This document shows, piece after piece, positions 1 to 7,771 of a stretch of DNA of 20,640 nt. The number at the start of each line of letters is the position of its first letter. Position 1 is the stretch's first letter. The position numbers and the translations under genes are program-made. Where the stretch lies: NCBI GenBank assembly GCA_043732485.1, contig JAYTHP010000003.1, positions 1 through 20,640 on the forward strand, in the 5' to 3' direction. The notes under the pieces were generated by a model. The model made no database searches. It saw only the letters and a program-made list of their open reading frames with translations, and had not been told where the DNA came from. The stretch comes from Oligoflexia bacterium. GTDB lineage: Bacteria; Bdellovibrionota; UBA1018.

Positions 1-127
1 GTTTTCGCCTGCTTCTAAATTTCTCACACAAACCGGAAGAATACCTGTAAAAAAGATCCAAAGTAGCCTATTTTTTACCCAAAACCTCGTGACTTGCGCA
101 GCAACCTTGAAAGTGAGCCCCCGCTTG

Positions 128-2773
128 ATGACCTTTAGCACACCCCCCCAACCTACTGCTGCCGCCGCCTCCTCCCACCCGAACAGCACCGCAGGCCTTG
201 AGCGACTCCACGGGGTGGTCGAGCGCGTCACCTTCCATAGTGAGGAAAGCGGCTGGTCCGTGCTCAAGGTCACACCTTTTGGTCAAGCGACCCAAAAAAT
301 GACCACCGTGGTGATCCATCAAGTGAAAATCTTTGCTGGCGCGACGATGGAGTTTTGGGGCAGCTGGAGCCGCCACCCCAAGTACGGCGAACAGTTCAAA
401 GCCGTACGCGCCTCTGAGACCAAACCCTCATCGGCCGCAGCCCTGGAGAAATACCTCGGCTCTGGCTTGATCAAAGGGGTGGGACCTGCCACGGCCAAGC
501 GGATCGTCGATCACTTTGGCAAACAAACGCTTGAGGTCTTTGAAAGTCAGATCACCGATCTGCTGCTAGTTCCAGGCATTACCACCAAGAAACTCAAACA
601 AATTCAGGAATCTTGGGAAAAACACCGTGCGATTCGCGACGTGATGATTTTTTTACAAAACTTTGGCATCTCCTCGCTCTTTGCGACTAAAATTTATAAA
701 ACCTACGGTGACCAAGCAATTGCCACGGTTACCAGCAATCCCTATCGTTTAGCGCAAGATATTTACGGCATTGGATTTTTCTCTGCCGATAAAATTGCGC
801 TTGCCATGGGTTTTGAGCGGGCGGGGATGGCCCGGATCGAAGCGGGTATCAAGCACGCTTTAGCAGCCAGTCGCGACCAGGGGCACTGTTTTCTAGAAGA
901 CACCCAGATCACTGCAAACACCCGAGAGCTGCTGCAAGAAGACTTGAAACTAGAGCAGATCCAAAACCTCCTGCAGGTGCTGCTGCAAAGCGATCAGATC
1001 AAAGCCCGTACGCTCCTTCGTGAGGGGGTCAAGCACCACTGCTACTACTCGAAGAAACTGTATTTTGATGAAATCAGCGCAGCCAACAGTATTTTGCAAG
1101 CCTTAAGCCAGCCTGTCGTCTCCCATCCAGCGCAGCTGGAAAGCTGGATGGCGCAGTATTGCCAGCAAAACACCTTGCAACTCAGCGACGAGCAGCGGCT
1201 CGCGATCTTAGGCATTGCCGGACAATCCTTCTCCGTGCTCACCGGTGGTCCAGGGTGCGGTAAAACCACCTGTACTCGGGTACTTGTTGCCATGCTGCAA
1301 GCGATGAACAAGCAGGTGTTGCTGACCGCACCCACGGGTCGCGCGGCGCAACGGATGTCCGAAGTGATCGGCGCTGAAGCCAAAACCATTCATCGCTTGC
1401 TGGAATGGGCCCCGGAGCTGAACAACTTTAGACGCAACGAGCAAGAACCCCTAAGAACTGATTTTTTGATCTGTGATGAGACCTCCATGCTGGACATCAG
1501 CCTCGCTGCAAGCCTGCTCAAAGCCGTGCCTGCCGGAGCCCAAGTGCTGCTGATTGGCGATCCAGATCAATTACCAGCCGTGGGGGCAGGCGAGGTCTTG
1601 CGCGACTTACTGAAAAGTGCGCAAGTGCCACGCTTCCGCCTGACCCAGATCTTTCGACAGGCGAGCAGCTCCTCGATTATCCGATTTGCCCACGCCATTA
1701 ACTCCGGTCAGGTGCCCGCCATTCTCTCCCCACTCGCACAACCGCAAGCATTCGCCCATGGGCACGACTGCCTGTTTGTCGACGCCGATGAGGCTACACG
1801 AGAACAGGTGCAATTCCTCACGCGCGCCCGCCTTGCCATCGAGCAAACCTTAAAAACGCCGACTGGCCCTTTCGTACAACTCGGCAAGCAGTGGCAGGGG
1901 AGACTAGAGAAAACCGCAAATGGCATTGAAATCAACCCCTTAGATCCAGACCCCCTACTTGCGACCGCTCGAGAGTCAGGCCCCAGGCCAAGTGCCGCCT
2001 CTCCCACGATGACAAGTCTTCCCCCTTCCGGAGTTTTGCGTATTCCTGAAAAATTCCGGCACGTCAACTTCAATGACCTAAGTCAGGCTGCCTCGCTGAC
2101 GGAGGAACTCATGACCGTGCTTAAATCAGTCCACCCCTGGTCCACTCTCAATTACGGCTATACCGCAGTCGAGACGGTGATGCGACTCTACACCAAAACG
2201 TTGCCCGAGTGGCTTGGAGAGGCCCACCCTGAGATTCAAGTTCTCACCCCGCAAATCCGGGGAACGCTGGGCACTGCCCACCTCAACGAGGCGCTGCAGC
2301 GCATCAAAAATCCTCCTGCGCCAAGCAAACGCCAAGTAGAAATCGGCGGCAAATTAATGCGGGTCGGTGACCGGGTCATTCAGACCCGCAACAACTATGA
2401 GCTGGGGGTGTTCAACGGCGACATTGGCCATATCACCGATCTCGATCCCACGGAGCTCAGCTGCACCGTCACGATGACAGGTGGCGGTGAGCGGCAAGTG
2501 AGTTACGGAAAAGAGGACTTAAGTGATCTCGCTTTGGCCTACGCCATTACCGTGCATAAATCCCAAGGTAGCGAATTTCAAGCCGTGATCCTGCCCGTCA
2601 TGAGCCAGCACTTTAATATGCTTTTTCGTAATCTCATCTACACCGGTCTGACGCGCGCCAGAAAACTTGCAGTCTTTGTCGGCAGCCGCAAGGCCTTTGC
2701 TATGGCCATCCATCAAACCAATCAAACGCCTCGGCAAACTGCGCTCGTTGAGCTACTGGAGTTGCCTGATTGA
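128..2773 (+). CDS. recD2: RecD2-like ATP-dependent SF1B DNA helicase (about 881 aa)
   Basis: N-terminal 'GVVERVTFHSEESGWSVLKV...HPKYGEQF', HhH-like 'YLGSGLIKGVGPATAKRIV', 'NPYRLAQDIYGIGFFSADKIA', Walker A 'TGGPGCGKTT', 'APTGRAA', 'DETSMLD', 'GDPDQLP', 'YAITVHKSQGSEF', 'LIYTGLTRARK'. The start is uncertain: GTG 89 or in-frame ATG 128. Confidence 0.95.
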   Translation: MTFSTPPQPTAAAASSHPNSTAGLERLHGVVERVTFHSEESGWSVLKVTPFGQATQKMTTVVIHQVKIFAGATMEFWGSWSRHPKYGEQFKAVRASETKPSSAAALEKYLGSGLIKGVGPATAKRIVDHFGKQTLEVFESQITDLLLVPGITTKKLKQIQESWEKHRAIRDVMIFLQNFGISSLFATKIYKTYGDQAIATVTSNPYRLAQDIYGIGFFSADKIALAMGFERAGMARIEAGIKHALAASRDQGHCFLEDTQITANTRELLQEDLKLEQIQNLLQVLLQSDQIKARTLLREGVKHHCYYSKKLYFDEISAANSILQALSQPVVSHPAQLESWMAQYCQQNTLQLSDEQRLAILGIAGQSFSVLTGGPGCGKTTCTRVLVAMLQAMNKQVLLTAPTGRAAQRMSEVIGAEAKTIHRLLEWAPELNNFRRNEQEPLRTDFLICDETSMLDISLAASLLKAVPAGAQVLLIGDPDQLPAVGAGEVLRDLLKSAQVPRFRLTQIFRQASSSSIIRFAHAINSGQVPAILSPLAQPQAFAHGHDCLFVDADEATREQVQFLTRARLAIEQTLKTPTGPFVQLGKQWQGRLEKTANGIEINPLDPDPLLATARESGPRPSAASPTMTSLPPSGVLRIPEKFRHVNFNDLSQAASLTEELMTVLKSVHPWSTLNYGYTAVETVMRLYTKTLPEWLGEAHPEIQVLTPQIRGTLGTAHLNEALQRIKNPPAPSKRQVEIGGKLMRVGDRVIQTRNNYELGVFNGDIGHITDLDPTELSCTVTMTGGGERQVSYGKEDLSDLALAYAITVHKSQGSEFQAVILPVMSQHFNMLFRNLIYTGLTRARKLAVFVGSRKAFAMAIHQTNQTPRQTALVELLELPD

Positions 2774-2885
2774 AAAGACACTTAAAATGCTGCTGAGCTT
2801 TGGCTTAAAGCCGCGGCTGAGGACTGCGCTTACGGCTGGCACTTGGGAAAGCGGATCTCAAAACAAGTGTGAGGATCCTAGCTTA

Positions 2886-3789
2886 GACACCGTTTCGCAA
2901 ACCTCTAAATAGAATAAATTAGGTAATTCATGTATGTCTTTCAGACATCAAAGAAGAAAGGCGCATATAATTCCCTCGACTTGCACTCTATCAGAAAAAG
3001 ACTGGAAACTGATCCAAAAAATTTTGCCTCCTGAAATTGAAACAGGCAAGGGCACGGAAGGGGGGTGACTCCACGCAGACCTTCGAAAAATTTTTTGTGG
3101 ATTGCTGTTTTGGATTCGATCAGGATGCCCATGAGATCTGGTTCCAAGGTATTTTGGCAGCCGCACCAGTCTTGGTAAATATCTAAAAAAGTGGGTAAGC
3201 GCCGGTTTTTTTGATCAACTCATGGAAGAGGCACCGCAATTGTACGATGAGACACTCGGCATAGATTGGTCTTTCCAATCGATCGATGGGTCCCTAAATC
3301 AGGCTCCCGGATGTTCTAAAAATACTGGAAAGAACCCAATAGATCGGGTCCGACCCGGAATCAAGCATATAATCTTAACTGACAAAAATGGGATACCCAT
3401 TGCGGTTAAGATCATTCCAGCAAACGAGTCCGATATGCACCAGATTGAAGAAACCCTCGAAAGTATTGGACTACCCAGGCCTAAACCAAAAGAAGTTGAG
3501 CAGCACCTCTGCGCAGACAAGGGCTTCGACTCAGCTGCCAACCGGCAGCTAGTAGAAGAGTGGGGCTACACTTCTCATATTATTAAGCGCGGGGCTCAAG
3601 TTAAACCCATTCGACGCTATAATGCCAAGCGGTGGGTTGTTGAACGTACCCATTCATGACTCAATCAATATCGCGGGATTCGAACGCTACGGATTCACCG
3701 CCCCGAAGTCTATCGGGCAATGACATTTTTAGCCTGCGCTTGCGTCATTTTAGCTAAACTATGATATTCGGGGTTTGCGAAACGAGCTC
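2886..3789 (+). mobile_element. Degenerate IS5-family insertion sequence (IS427/IS1031-like), 904 bp
   Basis: Terminal inverted repeats GACACCGTTTCGCAAACC (2886-2903) and GGTTTGCGAAACGAGCTC (3772-3789) match at 15/18. TA flanks both sides (2884-2885, 3790-3791). The element encloses a transposase pseudogene. Confidence 0.88.
2934..3764 (+). pseudogene. IS5-family DDE transposase pseudogene with three in-frame TGA stops
   Basis: Single frame: MSFRH...LSEKDWKLIQKILPP...GG*LHADLRKIFCGLLFWIRSGCP*DLVPRYFG...SIDGS...KHIILTDKNGIP...ADKGFD...KRWVVERTHS*LNQYR...FLACACVILAKL*. Internal TGA at 3066, 3132 and 3657. The ORF-track entry 3222..3659 is the middle fragment. Confidence 0.9.
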
Positions 3790-4179
3790 TAAAGCTTGAA
3801 GAGCTTACCCGGTTTAGCCGCATCATAGCAGAAAAACCTGAGCAGAGAAGGCGGCTGGTCAGGTCCTCCAACGGTGCCCAACTACCCCCAGTAACTCTGA
3901 GAAATGATCTCACTGAATCAACGCCTCATCAACGTTTCAACGCACGGAGAACTTTACCCTTCGGCTTAGGATGTGATCCGCCTTGTGTCTCGCCAACCTT
4001 AAAAGCAAAAATTTAATTTGCCAATCTTTCTGGGAATGTGCTAACTCTCTTTGCCACCAGCAGGCAATCAGTTTCCACCAGAGAAAGAAATGCCCTATCT
4101 CTCAAGAGGAAATCGGCTCGACAGAGCAGGTCTCAAATTATCCGCTCTGAGGCTCTGAGCAGTTTTTTAGGAGTATAAA

Positions 4180-5001
4180 ATGAAGTCCCATCAATTTTCA
4201 CCTCAACGAGGCGTAGTCCCTTTTGTGATTTTACTTCCCATCTTACTCACTATCGCACTGCAGTCCACCCTGGAAGCTCACGCGCTCACTCCCGAAAAAG
4301 ACACGGGCAACCTCGGAGAAATTAGACAATCGATTTTGAACGTCACTCAGTTTCAAGAGATCTATGGTCAGGGATGGATTTTAATGGCAGGCCAGAACGC
4401 GCAAGACAGCGATCTCTTTCGCGAAAAACTCTGGAACGAGTCAAATATCCCTGATGCACGAGGCGTTTTTTTAAGGTCAAGCAATGAGGGTCGCCCAACA
4501 ACTGAGGGATGTTCCGAGGGTAATTTAGGGATCGGCAGTTATCGAGCCGATCAATTTGGTAGCTATAATCACCCAGGAACTTCCCACGCGGGAAACGCCA
4601 AATTTTACCGCACCGTTGACTCCCACAATAAGCCCCACGAAGACCGTGAGCGCAACCCTTACGAATCACGAGACAATCACCAGACGGGGTGGGATAATTC
4701 GACCCGAAGTTTCTATATTGACCGCAACGACAGCGCCTGGACTAATGCCAATCACACTCATGACCTGGCAATCGAAAAATCGGGCGGCACCGAAACCCAA
4801 CCAAGAAACATCACGGTCAATACCTTCATCAAAGTCAACCGGACGCCAGAGAGCCAACAAACAGACCATATTCTCAGCTCTTTAACGAACCTCCCTGGGC
4901 AAATTGCAAAAAATGAAGCCTTGCATCAAACCCTTCAGGCTCTCATTCAGATTGAAGTTTTCAGAGCACTAGCGGCGTTCCAAGCTCCAGCGCAACCGTA
5001 A
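4180..5001 (+). CDS. Exported protein with a phage tail-collar / tail-fibre-tip-like domain
   Basis: SD AGGAG upstream. Signal peptide MKSHQ...VILLPILLTIALQSTLEAHA. Collar-like motifs 'LGEIR...GWILMAGQ...LF...NIPDARGVFLR', 'GSYRADQFGSYNH', 'NHTHDL', 'GGTETQPRNITVNTFIKV'. About 50 extra C-terminal residues look helical. Confidence 0.75.
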   Translation: MKSHQFSPQRGVVPFVILLPILLTIALQSTLEAHALTPEKDTGNLGEIRQSILNVTQFQEIYGQGWILMAGQNAQDSDLFREKLWNESNIPDARGVFLRSSNEGRPTTEGCSEGNLGIGSYRADQFGSYNHPGTSHAGNAKFYRTVDSHNKPHEDRERNPYESRDNHQTGWDNSTRSFYIDRNDSAWTNANHTHDLAIEKSGGTETQPRNITVNTFIKVNRTPESQQTDHILSSLTNLPGQIAKNEALHQTLQALIQIEVFRALAAFQAPAQP

Positions 5002-5071
5002 ACGGCGTTTTTTTTAGAGTGGTGAGTGGTGAGTTGATTGACAGATCATTTTTTGGCAAGGAGTGGAAGCA

Positions 5072-6394
5072 ATGAAATCTATCGGGTCAAAACTTATAGG
5101 TTCATTTTTGCTAACCAGCACTTCGAAAAAAGTAATTTGTCTCACTCTCCTGCTGGGCATGGTTATTTTTTTTGGCTGCTATGACAGCTCTGCCGCTTCT
5201 CTTGTCGATTGTAAGGAAGTTCTTCCCGAAAGTTTACCCAATTTTCCGGTAGAAAACGAGCCCAGCGCGTATCGCTCCAAAGTGACCACCTACCCCGTCG
5301 TGTCTGAGCTTAATTGTCAGAAAACCCCTGACGGCAACCTGAGTTCGTGTCTGTATCCGACTATTGAGTTAAAAAACGAGTGGGGGACTTTTCCTGCTGT
5401 ACCGTTTGAAACAGTTGTCAAAGTCAAAGTCTCTCGCGCCTGCAGACTGAGCCAGCCCTTCTCCACTCTGCAAATCAGGCTCGGCAAACCCTTCGCAGCC
5501 TCCCCTGCGGACGACTCTGCAGCAGCACGTTACAATAACTCAGATTTCTTAGGTTTTCAGGATCTCAACATCGACCACAATCGAAAAATCACCTTAACTC
5601 AGACGAATCACGCCCCTTTGGGCAGCTTAAAAATTTCACCTCTGGCGCCCAAGATCTTCTTAGACTCCCTCTTTCCAAGGGGTTGTGAAATTTTCCTTAC
5701 CCTCGAGATGAATCGCATCGCTTTGAGGACTCAACAGGAAGCACGCCAGCATCTCACCCAACTCAGCACACAAGCCCAGCTGATGGCTGCGACCCTAAAA
5801 GGATTGCAAGCGCTGCCGCAAGAAATGCCTAGCCTGGCTCAAAATCTTCTTGCGCTGTTTCAGCGCAATCAAGAAAACCTCAGCAACTTCCAATTGAAGT
5901 GGGAACCTCTGAGAAAACTACTTCCCGAGCTCAATCGGCAACTTGAACACGAGAAGGAGAACATTTTCAGTTTGCGCGAACTGACGCTAGTAATCAATAC
6001 CTTTACCGATTTTCTAGACGGGATTTTAGGCCTCAAAGACGTCAGTACCGGAGCAGATCTCGAGGACAGCATTAAAAAACTGATGCCCGGGACACCTAAC
6101 CCCCTCCAGCGCTTCGTCGACCTACTTGACAAGGAATACCTAACTCAGCTGGAAAAAAGGGTGCAAGAAGCGCAACACCAGGTTAGGGTTGCGCAACAGG
6201 CACTGGACTCGAACTTTTCTGATAAGCAGGTGGTTTCGCGCCTCCTAGAAGAGCTCAGGGATCAGCTCATTCTACAGATCTCCGGTCCGCACGGGATGAT
6301 AGACCAATTTGTCCATGGTCTTTATCAAAATGGAAAAAAAAGACACGCTAACCTGGTGGGAGCAACCATCATCGGAGTGCAAAATCATGCTTGA
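5072..6394 (+). CDS. Exported (possibly lipoprotein) hypothetical protein: Cys-containing N-terminal domain plus long coiled coil (about 440 aa)
   Basis: SD AAGGAG at 5058-5063 favours ATG 5072 over GTG 5063. Hydrophobic segment 'KKVICLTLLLGMVIFFGC' has an imperfect lipobox. The C-terminal half is Q/L/E-rich and amphipathic. Confidence 0.8.
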   Translation: MKSIGSKLIGSFLLTSTSKKVICLTLLLGMVIFFGCYDSSAASLVDCKEVLPESLPNFPVENEPSAYRSKVTTYPVVSELNCQKTPDGNLSSCLYPTIELKNEWGTFPAVPFETVVKVKVSRACRLSQPFSTLQIRLGKPFAASPADDSAAARYNNSDFLGFQDLNIDHNRKITLTQTNHAPLGSLKISPLAPKIFLDSLFPRGCEIFLTLEMNRIALRTQQEARQHLTQLSTQAQLMAATLKGLQALPQEMPSLAQNLLALFQRNQENLSNFQLKWEPLRKLLPELNRQLEHEKENIFSLRELTLVINTFTDFLDGILGLKDVSTGADLEDSIKKLMPGTPNPLQRFVDLLDKEYLTQLEKRVQEAQHQVRVAQQALDSNFSDKQVVSRLLEELRDQLILQISGPHGMIDQFVHGLYQNGKKRHANLVGATIIGVQNHA

Positions 6395-7769
6395 AGGCCT
6401 CAAAAATAGACAAAAATGGGTTGGATTCTCAGTCAAGGCAAGTCTCCTTTGGCTCGTAGGGATATTTTTTTGTGCAACTGAATTGCAAGCTTTGACCTAT
6501 CAACAATACCTGAACGAAAGGGATAATTGGAAGACTTTAGCTCAGAATAACAAGTCCTCAAAAGAACTTGCACTCAAACGCGCGAGGCAGAGCGTCGATC
6601 AGAAAAAAGCTCATCGCGACCAGCTTATCGAAGTTAAGAAAGCTCTCCTGACACTCGGGCACAGTCGACTGACCGACTCCCAGCACGCCAAGATGGAGGG
6701 GTTAAACGATGAAATCAAAAACATCAAGGAGAGCAACTTTCAGGGCAGCACAATCAATCTCAAATACACCAAAAACCAACAGTCTTATGTAAAAGACTAT
6801 ACTAGTCTCCTTGACCATTTCCAACACTATCACGGCTCGGAAACAACCGAGAAGAAGAAGCTGCAAGATGAGGTAACCCTATCCTTGGGGGCAAAAAACA
6901 CTAGCGACCTCGCCCTTGCACAAGCTCGACTGATCGGGCTCCGCAAAGAGGAAAGCGCCGATCAAACCCTACTTGAAGCACAGGCAGGAATTCTTGTAGC
7001 AAAAATGAAAAACACTTTTACTGAGTACGAAGAGCAACTCACACCTTGGCAAACGTTTCTCACGCATTATCAAATATCAAAAATTGATCCCCCAGCGGCC
7101 TATCTGACTCAGCTCCAGCATATCCAAAATTATGCCCACCAAAGGGGGGAATATTTTGCGCACACCGTGGCAACTCAGCTCCCCAAAATTGAGAAGCAAT
7201 TGAATGACTGCCTTCACACAGCTATCAACACGGATCAGCAATCCGGGGAGAAAAAGCGCCTCGATACCGCCCTGTCCGTTGGGTTTCTTGATACAATCGG
7301 GGCACTGCTCAAAGAGGAAATGCAAATCAGGAAGGATCCGGAAAATCAATCCGCTTTTGGCTGCGGAAACAAATTAAAGCCCACTTATGACTTTTTTCAG
7401 AGAGTGCTAGTTTATCAAGAGCAATGCCAGGACGTGAGGGCCCTGAAGCAGGCAGGATCGCCCTACGCTTTGGGATGCCTTTTATTTAAACCGGTCCTGC
7501 AAGGCGCCAAGGGGTTCTTCAAATCAGGGGCTTGGGGCAATATTGGATTCACACTCATTCCCGCCGAGTTTTGCGGACCCAAAGCACTTTCTCCCCTCGG
7601 GCAGAGAATCAACGCCATCAAACAGCTGCGCGTCAAAGAAAATGACATGCCCAACGCAATTTTGCTGGAAGCCATTCAACTTCATGATGAGTTGCTCACT
7701 CAGTGGGCAACTCTTGCTGCGGCTCCCCCGATCAGCCCCGACGTTGCCCCAACCGGGGAGGGGCAATAG
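6387..7769 (+). CDS. Exported hypothetical coiled-coil protein with a Cys-containing C-terminal domain (about 460 aa)
   Basis: ATG 6387 follows GGAG and overlaps the upstream stop by 8 nt (ATGCTTGA). This start gives the signal peptide MLEGLKNRQKWVGFSVKASLLWLVGIFFCATELQA. The body is K/Q/E/L-rich, with five Cys in the last third. Confidence 0.8.
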   Translation: MLEGLKNRQKWVGFSVKASLLWLVGIFFCATELQALTYQQYLNERDNWKTLAQNNKSSKELALKRARQSVDQKKAHRDQLIEVKKALLTLGHSRLTDSQHAKMEGLNDEIKNIKESNFQGSTINLKYTKNQQSYVKDYTSLLDHFQHYHGSETTEKKKLQDEVTLSLGAKNTSDLALAQARLIGLRKEESADQTLLEAQAGILVAKMKNTFTEYEEQLTPWQTFLTHYQISKIDPPAAYLTQLQHIQNYAHQRGEYFAHTVATQLPKIEKQLNDCLHTAINTDQQSGEKKRLDTALSVGFLDTIGALLKEEMQIRKDPENQSAFGCGNKLKPTYDFFQRVLVYQEQCQDVRALKQAGSPYALGCLLFKPVLQGAKGFFKSGAWGNIGFTLIPAEFCGPKALSPLGQRINAIKQLRVKENDMPNAILLEAIQLHDELLTQWATLAAAPPISPDVAPTGEGQ

Positions 7770-7771
7770 AA

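Noticed and set aside
2934..3764. TGA recoded as Trp (alternative genetic code) in the IS5 transposase
   Set aside because: One TGA sits at an expected Arg, the other Trp residues use TGG, and intact genes here (recD2, toxin, ampG, photolyase) end in TGA.
4018..4047. Sigma70 promoter for the toxin operon (TTGCCA...TGCTAACT)
   Set aside because: The -35 is plausible but the -10 match is too poor to call.
4180..5001. Prophage or tailocin
   Set aside because: No other phage structural, lysis or integrase genes, and the protein has a signal peptide.
6309..6394. Frameshift fusion of genes 2 and 3 at the A8 run (6334-6341), or an 86-nt overlap
   Set aside because: A -1 shift does not enter the gene 3 frame, and gene 3 has its own SD, ATG (6387) and signal peptide.
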